In this document: positions 22,271 to 36,600 of the stretch, piece after piece | Position numbering within the stretch: the first letter of the stretch is position 1 | Layout: each line of letters begins with the position of its first letter | Origin: Camelus dromedarius | Taxonomy: Eukaryota | Assembly: GCF_036321535.1 (NCBI RefSeq) | Contig: NC_087437.1 | Span: forward strand, 29,390,001 to 29,454,000 | DNA: 64,000 nt | Reading direction: 5' to 3' | Program-made: the position numbers and the translations under genes | Notes under the pieces: model-generated | What the model was told of the DNA's origin: nothing | What the model saw: only the letters and a program-made list of their open reading frames with translations | Database searches by the model: none

Positions 22271-25200
22271 TCCAGAAGTCTACTCTGAACATCTGAACTG
22301 CACTAGGTGGCTGACACCTTCAAGTAGATTTCATCTGGACTCTGTTCTAACTCATGTCAGTGTAACTGTGGTTGACTGGAACACGCTGTAGTTCAGAAGC
22401 AAGAATGCTGCACAGCTATACGGAGCAATGGTGTCTGGTGTGAGCTGAAGGCCATTGGAACTGACAGACATTCACAAACATAAACAGACTTTTTGGTGGC
22501 AACTGTGAAACTTGAAAAGGGTTACAGAGGCAGGAAATGTCTGCAAAATAACTTAAAATCCAGGTCCTCTGATTGCCAGTATTGGTCAAACACGTCATCT
22601 TCACTTCAGTTTTTCCTTCTTATGTATTGAATAAACTCATCAATAGTCATTTAATAATGTCCACAAGTTTTCTTCTAGACGAAATATAAATGCAGAAATC
22701 AATGCTAACATCACCTAATACACCTTTCAATTAAACTTACCTAAATCACTAAATCTGTCATTAATTTATTGGCAAATTCTTTTTAAAAATCTTAGTTATG
22801 AATTTTTCTTCATTTCCATTCTAGACAGTCCAGTTTTGAGTACAGTGCTTTTGGAGAATTATTACTAATTCGATGTCTGAGTAATAAGGTTTTATAAATA
22901 ACTCAGACATCAGCTTTTAATAACTAATGTCTTATACCATGAACCTGCCACAGCCATCAGATTTACAGAGTAGCAGAGGTGAGGAAGTGAAAATAGACTG
23001 GAAATCATTCTGAAAACCACACATCTTCACGGTTTCACCATTTAGCCAAGGCAGTAGAAGGAAAAGTAGCATGGCAGTTTAATTAATGACTTGTTAAAAT
23101 ATCAAGGACAATACTTATCTGAGACTAAAAATTGAGATAAAACTGAAAATTATCTAAAAATGATTTATAAATCTTATTTATCACTACTGTAATATTGGAC
23201 TACTTTGTTTTCAGTATTATTACACGCCTCAAAAGTTGCAGATCATTCTCAAAGTATCTCATTGTTGCTAACGGCAGACGATTTTGGAAAAGACTTCAAT
23301 GATGTTTGATAGGACATTTTTCCCCTGCTTTCTGCAACAGTGCAGATATGCTTTCCTGAATCCCAGACACAACAAGAATTTGCACTTCTTCTCTACTGAA
23401 AAAGCAGAAGTACTGTTGTGGGTCTTAGGGACTTCGTTTTTTAAATATAATTCTATAGAATACAGGAAACTCAAAATGAATAAATGTATGGTCTGTTCAT
23501 AAAGAACTGTGCATCTTTCTGGGGTGTTTTGCTTAATTTTGAAGTTTATTCTTAGCGTCAGAGGTGATTCTTTGTGCATTACAGAACAGAAAACACTGTT
23601 ACTTTAACATCTAGTTTAAACAAGTCTTTCAAAGTATAACATAGCTGCATATTCAAAGTCCACTCTCCTCAGGATGCAAAGGAATGAACTACACGAATTT
23701 TTATTTTGTTTACCTTAGCTGATGTACAAGGGAGCTACTACTTTTATCAATAACGTTTAATATTTAGACAAACTACTTTTTTCCTGATGACGGCCTCTCT
23801 ATCCTTTCATTTAGTGAATATTTACATATGGCCTAATAGTGGCATTACTTTAACAAAAGGTAATAAAAATTTATAATTTTCCATGAATAATTATCACTGA
23901 AGAATATCTGCTTGTAGAAAAAGCCATTCTTGTGAATTGATAGTAGAGTTTTCTAAATCTGGAAGGAAAGGGTGTCATGTCACCCTCTCTCAAGTTTTGA
24001 GGGAAACTCAGAAGTAGAGGTAGGATCTATGACCTTTCAAAGGTTGTTTTATAGGTAATCATACACTGGCAGTAATACAAGTAGTATTTTTTTGGTGTCC
24101 TTTTCATCTATTTCTTACCCCAAACTTTTCTGCTGCCCAGTTGAGGAGGAAACCAAAGTTTTCAAGAGTGGAATATATGTAATTAAGCATAACAATTGAA
24201 CTGGGGTTTTTGCAAATATGTATTAGGAGATTGCTATCACACAGAGGTAAATGAGGGAAAACTTGAGACATCCAGAATCTCTAAATGACAGTGGGAGTGG
24301 CCATTACATCATAACCAAAGGGAAAAATGAAGACTCTGGGTCCCTGGAAAGATATCAGCATTGCCTAGATCTGAATTTAAGGTTAAAATTGTATATATGA
24401 TTGACTACAGTTAGGTTTCAATATGATTTATCCCTATTTTATAAATTGTTATAAAAGGCAATAATTAATTATACAAAACTAAGCCTTTATAGGATCTAGT
24501 CTATAGCTCGAGAGTCTACTTGGAGCAGAAATAAAAGAACTAGGATGGTCAGTCACACTGATGTAAATAGGACTCTCTAACGTGGTGTTAACCTGAGGCT
24601 CTTCCATGGATGAATGTTCTTGTAGTTTTTCTATTCCATTCTGAATGCTTACTTGCATTTACTTAGTACCAATGGAAACTAAAGGGGTAGTGGGGTAGTA
24701 ACAATGAATATTTACAAAGTCTTGCTTTACTTCCTCGTAACAAATATGTAAGAGTTCCTAACACAGAACCATGGCTTTTCTCTCACTCCTTTGCTCCTCT
24801 CCTCATTCTCCCTCTTCACCTAGAAATACGGAATAACACTATTTTAGAAAGAACCTCCTTTCTCTAATTAACTGTAAAATAATAAGCACCTCTCCAAATG
24901 ACCAAACTTCTTCCCTTCTTTCATGACTTCCATAAAAAACAGTTGCCTGGGAGGCATTTATACCTATGCCAGGAAGTTGCCCACCCAAATTGGAATCATA
25001 CAAACACACACAGGTTCTATTTTGGCCTAATTAGTGGTAGAGAGTAGAAATTTATACCAAGACTGAGCACGCCCATTTTGGGTGCCAGCTGCATTTCAAA
25101 GATGATCATTAGAAAAGATACGTCATACTACATCATAATCTATCCAAAATTTTAAATGACGTTGAGGAACTAATAGGTGTCAACTTTAGAACTTCATTTT

Positions 25201-26289
25201 TAATAGTAATAAGCCAAAGGGCACAACCTATCCAACAATTTTTGTTAAAATGGAGTAAAAATTCAATTCACTTTTTTTCATAGTTCAAGTTTTGGGACAC
25301 ACTGCAAACACTAATTTTGAAAATCCTTTGAAGTCTTTTAGTTGAATATATGTATACTGTCTTAACTAGTTGTTTTGGGAGAGACAGATAGATCATTTTT
25401 GGTCATGACACTGCCTCAAACTTTCAGCTGAGTATGTTGAAGAATTACAGGAATTTTCAAAAGTCCTGGAGAAGAGTGAACTCCTTTCAACTATCACCCA
25501 GACCTTGATACCAGAGAAGATTTTAAAGCATTTACAGGTTATCAACAAGAGCATTGTGAAATACTTTTGGCAGCCACCTTGCTAAAATTCAGCTATGCTT
25601 TAGCTAAGGACATCCCTTCATAGTAGCGGTATGGCATGGAAGGATTTGCTGTAATATGTAGTTGCAAAATGGAAGAGGTTGGGATAGGGTCTAAATAACA
25701 TGGGTCCTGATGCTGATTTGGGGAATTGTAAAAGTGATTGTTTAGTAACTAGGACAAGAATTTTGAAGCCTTGTTATCAAATAAATTCACTACAAAACTG
25801 AAAGGCTCAGCTAATAGGCTGGATGACAGAAGATATATGAGAAGGAGTCTAGTGGTGACTGTCAATCCAGATCTACCTTTTACTGGGTATATTCTTAGCC
25901 ATTCTGAGCTCTACTTCCCCCATATGTAAAGTGAAGATGTTACCTATCACACATGGTAGTGAAATGGCATTATGAAAATCAACTGGCAGGGTGAAAGAAA
26001 CACAAATTTAATAAGTAATAATGTCTATATTTTGAGTACTTTCCATAAGCTAGGTACTGAGCTATATTCTTTAGATCCTATGTGAAAAACATTATTCCAT
26101 TTATTCCAGGAAACTAAAAATCAAAGTAGCTTGTATTAGTTAAGATTGAATATAACAAAATGACAGTTAACAGACTAACCTAGTTTCACCTGTGTCCCCA
26201 GCGGTAACTCTAAAGGCCACAAGGAGTGACTTAGTAGCATATATGGAAAGCACTTATAATCTTTAGAGGTCTGTGACCTAAGTGTGAAT

Positions 26290-26635
26290 CCCAAGTGTGA
26301 TGTGTTACCACAAAGCAGCTGACCTTTCAAGGTGGCTTTAACAGGAGTGTTAAGAGCAAAGATGATTACCCCTCTGTACTCTAGCCTAACCAGATCTCAC
26401 TGAGAAGCTGGTGTCCTGTTCTGGGAGCTGAAAATGAATGCAACATTTAGCCTAAAGACAGTGACAGACTGATGCAAACCCTGAAAGCTACACCACTTGT
26501 GAAATGATCAGAGAATCTGAAAATGAAAGAAAAAGTATGGTGAGAATGTGATTATAGTCTTTAAATATCTCACAGATTATCCTATGAAGGAAGCCTAGAC
26601 GTCATCTACGTTGTCTCAGAGTAGTAACAGAATTA
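26290..26635 (+). mobile_element. L3/CR1 fragment
   Basis: gtgtgatgtg...cctctgtactctagcctaaccagatctcac...gttctggg...atagtctttaaatatct. Confidence 0.65.
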
Positions 26636-26759
26636 CCTTAAAAGGGTCAGTCTTGGAAATCAGACAGTGCAAGAGCACTGGCAGGCTGATCATATGACAT
26701 CAACGTCTTAGGGGTAATCTCATATATGACCCTTCTTCAGGCCACCTGAAGCTCTTTTC

Positions 26760-27110
26760 TTTGGCTTATATTTTCACTACACTAACTTGGTATAGTTGTT
26801 TACAAAATATTGCTTAGGACTTATTGGTCTTTTCGAATCTTTTAATTAGTGTCTTTCATCAGTTCTGGAAAACCCTCAGGTATTACATTTTCAAGTATCT
26901 CGTCTGTCTTATATTTTCTTTCCTCTTTAAACTCTGCTTAAATGTATTCTTCTTAGTCTACCCTCTATATTTCACAACATCTTTGCTATCTCTTCTTCTC
27001 TGTGTTGTAGTCACAGTATTCAGCATATTTTATTCTGATTTTCCAGTTTAATAATCTTATCTTCAGCTGGGCCTAATGTGCTGTTAAACTCTTCCACTGA
27101 AGCGTATTTT
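26760..27110 (-). mobile_element. Ancient L1/HAL1 ORF1-region fragment
   Basis: tctttcatcagttctggaaaaccctcag...ttccagtttaataatcttatcttcagctg. Confidence 0.6.
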
Positions 27111-27574
27111 GAGTAAATTTTGGCTTCTTACAGTAAGTTGGTTAAAGTTACTGCATGGATTGATTAAATCAGATCTATACTTGACTGTTTTGGATTGACT
27201 TACATTATATTTTTGTGATTCCAGAATCTTCTGCCTTGGAAATTACTTGTGGACTTCTATTGATATTTGATTTGACTCAGAAGATCACGTTACATACATG
27301 AGTATATGGCCAGTTTAAATAACTTAAGATAACAAATATCTGACTGAATATCTTTAAGACACTCAATCATAGTTAAGAAACTGGATTTTCTTCCAAAGTT
27401 TTATTCTGTATCTTGCATTCTTAAATGTAAACTTTTCTTCCTTTCATCCCTAATCTTTTACAAAAAAAGTTCTGCAGCAGGTTTATGATATATTTAATGA
27501 GAATTACCCTAAAACAGATTTTAAGAGTATATCTAGTTTTTATTTAATGTATTTTTCAAAACCATTACAAGTTT

Positions 27575-28240
27575 TCCTAAAAATAGATTTATCATATGAT
27601 CCAGCACTCCTGGGCATATATCTGGAGAAAACTATAATTCAAGAAGACACATGCACCCCAATGTTAGTAGCTGCACTATTTACAATAGCCAAGACATGGA
27701 AACAACCTAAATGCCCATCAACAGATGAATGGATAAAGATGTGTATACACACACACACAATGGAATATTACCTTTAAAGAATGAAATAATGCCATTTGCA
27801 GCAACATGCATGGACCTAGAGATTATCATATTAAGTGAAGTAAGTCAGACAGTGAAAGACAGATATCATATGATATCACTTATAAGTGGAATCTTAAAGA
27901 AAAATGATAGAAATTTTATTTATAAACCAGAAATACACTCAACAGACACAGAAACCAAACTCTGGTTACCAAAGGGAAAAAGGGAGGGGAGGGATAAATT
28001 AGGAATTTGGGATGAACAGATACACACTACTATATATCAAATAGATAAAATAAGAGCCTACTGTATATAGCATGATAACTATATTCAATTTCTTATAATA
28101 AGCTCTAATGGAAAAGAATCTGAAAATATATGTATATATGTATGTATATGGATAACTGAATCACTTTGATGTATATCTGAAACTAATATAAATCAACTAT
28201 AATAAAAAATTAAAAATTTTAAAATTTAAAGAAAAAATTA
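27575..28240 (+). mobile_element. 5'-truncated L1 (ORF2 end, 3' UTR, A-rich tail)
   Basis: Translates as YDPALLGIYLEKT...FTIAKTWKQPKCPSTDEWIK; A-rich tail at ~28200-28240. Confidence 0.92.
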
Positions 28241-28974
28241 ACTTTAAATTTTCACAGCAATTAAGCTTGTAAAAATATTGTATCTTTTATATGTGTCTTT
28301 GTTTATAAGGTAAAATATTTAACATTGCAATGCTGATTTCTACATGGTTTTCTAAGTTTTGAATAGTTCTTAAAAAGTATCAAATTCATGCTTGTAATCA
28401 ACTTTTTTAATTTAAATAAAATGAAGCTGGCCTAAAACCATTAAGCGTTTTGAAACACCCAGAAGGGATTGGTTTTCTTTTCATTCATAATGTTCTGGAT
28501 GTTGGAGTCTATCCAGGCATATTCAAAAGTACAATGTTAATTTGAGTAGATATTTCTCTGTGAACCTATTGTGAACTTATTTTGGCAAAAATCTTTTATA
28601 ATCTTTGCATTTTTACAGAGAGACTTAAATATTGCCACTACCCCAATCAACGGCTGTAGAATTATGGGTTATACACATGTGATTCATTACAGATTTATAA
28701 AGTGCAGGTAAAATCAGAGATAAAAGAAAATAGTTCTCGAGAAGAAATGCTACTTCCTGATTATTAGAAATGGACAGAGTCAAGAGTTGGTATAAAGAAT
28801 TCTCTAAAGAAATCCTATTGGACTGTTTCTAGCTTTTCTAAATCCTTCCATCTCCTTTGGGGAAGTTACTTTGTAAGAATTAAAGTATTTATGATGAGCA
28901 CTTAGAAATATGATTTTGTTGTATGAGACAGGATGATTCACACAGCATTTGCTTATATTCTTCTCACTCTTTGT

Positions 28975-29497
28975 GTATGTTTACTAAACAAGACCCTTTC
29001 ACTCACAAGTTCCAGGAACCCAATTCAAAATGGCTGAGGCACACTGGCTAGTCCAGGGGTCACCTTGACTTCAGGCAAAGGTGCAGATACTGCCATCAGG
29101 GCTTGGTATCTCCCTAGTCAACTTTCTTTCCCACCTCCTCTGTACCAGCTGCTCACAGGCAAGCAGTCTTCATATGGTAGCCCCCTGGCTTACAGTATGG
29201 CCGAAGAAAACTGTCACTTCCCTGTAGTACCAGTGAAATCCCAGGTTGTATACTGTTGGCTCAGCCAAGATCACTGGCTCCTTCTGAACCAGCCACTATA
29301 GTTAGTGCAATGGAAACACTGAATAGCCAGGCTTGGTTCATGAGCCCTCAACCCAACCACAGGCTCATGAGGCCTGTAGAGGCTGGAGTACCATGGACTG
29401 AGATGAAGGGGAAGATTTTCCCCATAGCAAACGTGTGCTGTTATCAGAAAAGGATAAAATGGTTATTAGGTAGGCGAATACTGCAAGGGTCCACAAA
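28975..29497 (-). mobile_element. MaLR LTR (MLT1K-like)
   Basis: ttgacttcaggcaaagg, ccttctgaaccagccact, gtgctgttatcagaaaagg motifs. Confidence 0.65.
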
Positions 29498-30109
29498 ACC
29501 TTTAAAAACGGGCCTCCTTGAACGTTCCAAGTAAACTAAAGACAGTCTCCTGATGATCTGTAGAAATAAATATTTTTATTCTCATGGCTTACCAAACTTG
29601 ACCAAAACTGGTAGTTTCATGATTACAGAGTTTAGAAAAGACCAGAATAAAAGAAGTTTAGTCAGAATACGCCCTTTAATGGTCACAGTCAAATATCTTA
29701 AAGATTCTGTGGAATACAAAGACATCTGTTTGAAAAACCACATAAAATAAGAACTTCTTAATATAGTTATGTTGACTGGAGACTATTTTTTTCAATTAAT
29801 TTTTGCTAAAGGAAGTCACTTAGTAAAGCAAAATCTAGTCAGTAGTTTATCAAAGTTTTAAACAATAAAGATTAGATAGGATTCTAATTACATAACTAGA
29901 AAAATTTTCAGATTTTAATTCCCAAAGGTTTAGGGTGTCAGAATTATCATGACCAATAATAAGTTAAGATTCTAATGCTGTTAATTAGTTGCCCTGTAAC
30001 TACTGGCAACCTCTAGTCCTTCAGAAACCAGGAATAATATTTATGTCTTCACAACTCTATCTGAAGATTAAATGAGAAAATGTATATAAAATTGCCTGGT
30101 ATACAGGAC

Positions 30110-30450
30110 ACATTCCAAAGCTGTAATAGTTCAAACAGAATAGAAAACTATTTGTCATTCATCTAACAGTTCAAGATGGTGTAGCTGGTTGGCAAAGGTG
30201 GCTCTCCCCAGCTCGATCAGAGGCAACCACATTCCTTCTACTTTGTGGCTAGGCAACCTTTATGGCCCTATCATGTGCAACCAGCCGCTAGAAGAGGCTA
30301 GAAGGAAAAGATCAACAACTTCTTCGCAGCACACAAGTGGAACACATCACTTCTGCTCACCACTCACTGAGTGCTACAGCCACACTCAGCTCAGATGATG
30401 TGAAAGTGTGTGGCTTGGTTGTTTGTCCAGATAGACGAGAAAATGGTCTT
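30110..30450 (-). mobile_element. MaLR LTR fragment (MLT1-like)
   Basis: gaacacatcacttctgctcac...gccacactcagctcag...tgtggcttgg. Confidence 0.5.
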
Positions 30451-30492
30451 TGCTTATTTCAGATAGACGAGAAAAATGGTCTTCGCTTTTTC
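30428..30492 (+). repeat. ~32-bp tandem duplication
   Basis: cagatagacgagaaaatggtctttgcttattt followed by cagatagacgagaaaaatggtcttcgcttttt. Confidence 0.9.
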
Positions 30493-33400
30493 ACCATTCA
30501 TGTGAATGTGGGATTAAATGATTGGGTCTCCCTGCTGTGAGCTGAAAGATTTATTAAACTCAAGCTAAGAGACTCATTTACTAATGGCCATGAGCAAGAC
30601 AGCAGCTCCTTCTGAGCCATGAGCTTTGCTCTAGACATGATACAGTTATATTTATATCCATCCTAACTGATGGAGAGATCAACCCCTATGTAGAAAGAAA
30701 CGGGCCCCTTTCAAACGAAATATCACATTTGCAAATTTGGCCACTATGACAACATGTCTCAGCATAGGATAGTATTGAATTAAAAAATAAAAATCTCAAA
30801 ACAAGTTATCATTTAGGAAATGAATTTTTTTAAGTTCTAAAATTCTAAGAGTTTTCCAGGCTTAAGGTTTTTTTCTAAATTACAAATTAATTTTTTAAAG
30901 ACATGAGAATATTCTGCTAATTTGCAGATAATTGGGCCTTTTTCAAATGGGTCAAGTTACATATTTGAGGCTCAGAGTAGATCTTGGCATTGGAAGGACT
31001 TAAGTCTCACCAATATCGCCGAGGCCATTGCTTCATTCACATGACTATCCACCCCATTCCTCCACCACAAGGGCCCCAGGAATTTCCTAGCCCTCTGCCC
31101 TGACACACAACTGCCTTGAATGCCTAGACTTAACCTTAATATGTCAGCACAAATTATGACACTAGTAGGGAATTATACAGTCATTAGCTCACAAGGCAGA
31201 ATCAAAACCACCCAAAATAAAGCCACAGTTAATTCTAAGTCATAATGATAAGGTAAAACAGATCACCATACAACATGCAAAGAATTACCATTTAAAGAAA
31301 TCACACAGATAATTCAGTTCCTAAGAGCCCCACACTCTTTAATAGAATTTTTCACTCTAACAGTAAGAAAAAAAAGTAGACATGTCTGTAAATGGAGTAA
31401 AATTAATGTTCACAAACACAAATCAATGAATTTATGCACAAAGGAGATACTGATCTTCTCTTGTAAAAGCACATGAACAGCCATGGCTTTTGTTGCAATG
31501 CAGTTTGTACCGACCCAGAGCAAGTCACCAGATGAGAATGTGACCCTTGGTCAGAAGAGCACAACCAAGCTTACTGTTAATTTGAGCAGACACCACAGCA
31601 GAAAACAAAGACTCTGAGACCGAAGTCTTGTCAGCTGGAAGGTAAATAAATCCTGCTGACGGAACACTCTTCTCTGCATCTAGAAACAGGAGTTGTCCTG
31701 GGAGGCTCTGTGAAAGGCTGCCCTTCAGAGTTTGCAGAGAGCCAGGACTTCTCCACACAGTTTACGTGGCACTGAGAAGAGGCGGCGGTGGTGACAGACA
31801 TAATTGTGCATGGCGACAGTGCGCATTGTATGCTATGCAGTTTAGAAGTCTCTCGAAGACTGGCGATGTGCTTAGTTTTCTGGGGCTTTCGTTTTTGATT
31901 TTTCTGACACTCAAGTATTCGAGCTGGCAGGGGGCTTCTAAATGAGAGGCTGAGTTGAGCAAATGAAAATGGATGCCTTTCCCCTGTTAACAGAGTGATG
32001 GCTCAGTTATTTGCTGGCTTCCAGCACAGCTGTGAGGAAACATCTTCCAGCATCATTTAAGTCACTGCCACCTCGATAAAACTGCCCTGGAGGTCTGGTT
32101 CTTGCTGACCTCAAAAGTATGCCTCTTAGGCTCTGGGACTCACTGAAGACTTTGCAGTGACAGAGAAAACAATTCCTGTCATGGGCCCCAACTAACCAGG
32201 TAGCGGACGGAGGGCAGCTATTCAGAGAAACTGACACTGGTACCTGGATGTAACCGGAGTTCCTAACACACAAGATCTCATCTGCCCGAGGTACTGGGAT
32301 AAGAAGGAACCAGGCAGCAGGCTGAGGTGCTGCCGAGGTTTGCTGCTGTAGGAGCCCTTTCCTACTTCCCCAAGCTTTTTTGGAGAAATAAGTTACCTGG
32401 AACACATCCCGAGGTTTTTATACCTTGTAGTAAAAAAAAAAAAGAGACATAAGCATTGTTACTGCGAAATGTTTATACTGAGTAGCTGTTTAAAATGCGC
32501 ATTTTTCCCTCTGGACTTGAGAACAGTTGAGATCATCAACGCACACTTCGTGCATCTTTACAAATCTATTCTCTCCACCTCTCCTCCCTCACACACAATG
32601 TTAGTAAAACTCCACCAGTGGTTTCTACCTCATCTCTTCCTCTTGGTAATAGAGAATTTCCTCATGGGCTATCCCACTACCTGTCCAAATATGACTTTAC
32701 TTCTAATGACACCAGACTCATAGTATGTCAGATGCACCTGCTCTCACTCTGCCATGATTTTTCTTCTCTGATTGCAAATATGGCTGGAAGAAACATAGTG
32801 GGTTCTGTCTGTTATTCATACCATAGAGTGAATTAATTTAAAGATAAATCACCTCTTACTGAGCAGTCAGGGCAATTACAGACCACGTTACAACAGCAGT
32901 TGGCACTGTGGACACAGGGGACGCCTCAGTGGGGCTCTGAGGTGATGAATTACAGAGAGGAACATGGTAGAACCTGAAATCCAGGGTACAGGCAGGGGTC
33001 TGGACGATGAAAGGAGAGGTATCACCAGGAGGTGAGAAGGAGGCTTAAAAAAACGAATGGCACCCGGAGTTCTAACTGCATTTACTCTATAATTTGGCAA
33101 ATAATAGGGCCCATCTCAGCTTTGTATTAACAAGGGAGACAAGTTATGAAACCTACATATATTATGTGTCATGTATCATACTTAAACACATGAGAATGGG
33201 AAATATTTGGGACACAGAGTATCACAATGCTTCTAGAAAGAGAAGTGTATCAAGAGTGACAGTCACTGTTCTGCTCAGTGCCCTTCAGTCCAACTGTTCA
33301 GTAAGTTTTCTTGGCCAGAATTTAACCAACACAAAAAATGTATGATTTGTGCTTCTAAGCATAACTGTTGTGGCACAGTTTCTTTTGATATTTTTTTCTT

Positions 33401-33519
33401 AGACTTTTTAAAACAGGTCTCTGCCTTTCAGCTCTTACAATCACTAGTAGAGCAGACTGTGGACAATAGTCCTTCACTTTTTTCCCAATTGGCAGTGTCA
33501 GTATGTTGTGGCAGGGAAA

Positions 33520-33672
33520 GAAAAGGCTCGAACCTTTGATGAATGTACTTGGAATCAAATCTCAGTTTGTGCATGACTGTTGGGCAAGTTTGCTTCTCTG
33601 AGGCTGTTTTCTCATCTGTGAAGTGGAGATGAGTGATACCTGCCCCTCAGGGTTATTGCAAAACATTTAATA
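33520..33672 (+). mobile_element. MIR
   Basis: ttgggcaagtt...ttttctcatctgtgaagtggagatgagtgatacctgcccctcagggttattg. Confidence 0.75.
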
Positions 33673-36600
33673 CTCACATCTGATCAAACAAGAGATAAAA
33701 CTTCCATTCTTACGACCCAATTGCTTTGACAGTTAGTTCTGGCATTTGCCCATCGCTGTGCCATGTGGTATAGGCCTAAGCTGACTCTGTGCCGCTCGGA
33801 CATCTGCCGCCGGGGAACCTCAAACGGCCTTACCGCAAGTTCCTCTCATCACTCTGCTTCCATGACAAAAATCAACATCCTTAGAGAAAACAATCGGAAG
33901 AATGGGAAACTCGCATCTACCATGCATCCAACAAATACCATGTGCTGTCCTCACGAGCTCAGTTTTTCTGATGGATAAACAGATTTAAAGAACAAAAGTA
34001 GATGTGCAAGAAAACACACCTATTCATGGCGGAAGGAAGATCTCAACCCAGTCCATCTCACATGGCATTCCATGCTCTTCCCACGACACCAAAAATTGTG
34101 GCAACAACAAAAATGGAAATATAAAGAACAATTAAATTTCAAGCAGGGTACCAGATTCTTTCACATTGTTTCCCATGATTTTACGTGAGAGGGGTGTCTA
34201 ATTTTGCTGAACCTTTGTAATCACAGCGGGTAAGGATGGAGAGGCAAGAGAAAAGGTAGAAAATAAAATCCAAGGGGGCAGTGACTCTAACGGTCATGAT
34301 CAATGTTGTATGTCCCATCCCAGTCCTGGCATCTCAGCAGCTTTCAGCCAGTCTCTGTGCAGCAAAAATTGAAGGAGATGTGTTTTCATTCAGGCTCTTA
34401 ATTTAAATCTCGTGGCTATGGAAAGGGAGACGCCATAGATTCAGGCTGGGGCCCCACCCGCGTCTTTCATTCACTCATTTAATATATATGTATAGCACTA
34501 GGTGCTGTGTGGTAAAACAGCGGGTTTTATACGGTTTCTGCCTCCCAGAGGATGCTTTTAAAGGAAAATAGAAAGCTGACAAGCAACTTTTAATCACCTA
34601 CTATACACAGAGTCCATTGTAAAGGATATGATAGAAATAGAAATAAGAACACTACGCCATTCAAGTTAGTTTGGGGAAAGTGTATGAAGTAGAAGAGAGC
34701 TGGGGTCAGAGAATTAAGGATTTCAGATCTGGAAGAGACTTTCGAGATGATCTCACTTATCATTTCCGTGCTTCCTGATAACTCAGTATATAATTCAAAC
34801 TGCTTCACATAAGCGATAAGATCCTTAAGATCTTCCTCCTGCTCACCTCTGGCTGCATCTCCCATCACTTTTCCCTCCCACTTCAGGACTTGTACTAGCC
34901 CAGGAGAACCCCATCTTCATTTCTCTGAGCCCCTGCTCCCTCCTTGCTATCTGCTATGGTCGTCTCTATGCACCCCTTCCTCAGTGACCTCTAATGATCC
35001 AGCTTTGCTCCCACTTGCCTCATCTTTGGGGCCAGAGCTCCCCTTCAAACACACACAGCCCTCTGGGAATTTCTCTGTCAAAGCCCTGGGTGCACGGTGT
35101 GGCTCACGGTCTCTCCTGCTAAAGAGAAAACTTCCTGAGAACAGGAACCAGGTGTTGCCATCTGTGAAGCCGCAATGCATAGCTCAGGGCATGGAACTGA
35201 CTTTTCAGAGATCAGTTCAATTTACCAAAAACAGATCTTATAAACAAGATCTGAGGGATGCAAACCAAGTCCTGAAAGATGAGTGAAAGTTGACAGAGGT
35301 GACAGGACTGAGGACTCAGATAGAATCGAATAAAGCAGGAAAGCTGAAGGCATGCGCAGACCCCATTGGTGGACCAGTCTGGCTGGAGCAGAGGTACATC
35401 AAGGCCAGATTTAAAAGGCAAATGGAGCCTGGTTTAGAAGGATTTTAATATTCCTAAATATAGGAATATAGGCATCCCCCTTGGGAGGAATTTTATCTCC
35501 TTTACCTTTTCAGACTCAACACCTTCTGTGTACTCAGAGATAGTCTGGAACTTACTGGAAGACTTACAGACATCATCTTGCTAATCATATATAAGCCGAT
35601 TTAATAACCAGTAACTTAGACGAAGAGCCAGATAGAGTAAGAAGTCTATATAAGCTTCATCATTAGCAGGGCAGTAAGTATAGGTAAGGGAAGCTCCAGG
35701 ATAGGGACTCCAGGGCACCACACAGTTTGATCATAGGCCAAGAAAGATGTCAAAACAGAAAGCAATTGTTCAAAGGCATCTTAGACATCATCTGAGACTG
35801 ATGCTTGAAACTATCAGTCCCTTCAAGTATAGCAAGACAATCAAAGATGAGTATTTTAATTCTATCATTTATAGCAATGTGAATTTCAATGGAGTGACAG
35901 AATTCTTGCTGGCAAAAGAGGTGACTACACCTCTTATTACAGAACTTACTATTCTTTTTGGTTAATAATATGGCTTTAATAGTTTTTAGGTGCTACTTAA
36001 TAGTAATTTTTCTGGAAAAATCTGGAGACAGTCATTCTGAGCATTTGTAGGTGTGCTGATCGTGTCACGCATATGTGACAATGTACAGAAATAGGCAATT
36101 AATTACCTCAGTGGCAGTGAATGGGGTATGTTATTTTGGACACACTTCGGGACATTTTGTATCCCTCTCTCTGATACTTGAAGTAGCTCTGAGTTTTCTT
36201 TAACATAAGTCTCAAAGACATGAAGTTGCTAATTACAAACCATCCTGTAAAATGCAGCATGGCCATGATGAGGCTAAGTAGATATTTAATTAAAAAAAAA
36301 GTTTTAAAAAAGCAGTAAGCATTCCACATAAATATATGTCAAACCATATTACAAGATTTCATGTTTTTCAAAAAAAAAAACCACGGTTTAAAATGAACAA
36401 GAACCCTTTTATGAGCACACTGCTTTAGCTGAATTTGTCAAAACTAATGCATGTAATGCATCGTCTAGAAGTCAGATAAGACTCTACATGGACAGTTTTT
36501 GTTTTAATTTGTTGCTTGGCAGCAGGAACCTTATTCCACCATATGCCTAACTCACCTCTGCACACAGCAGGCAATGGTGTTTTTTTTAAAGCATATTAAT

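Noticed and set aside
32007..32405. 132-aa minus-strand ORF
   Set aside because: Non-ATG start and no recognisable homology; plausible by chance in GC-richer DNA.
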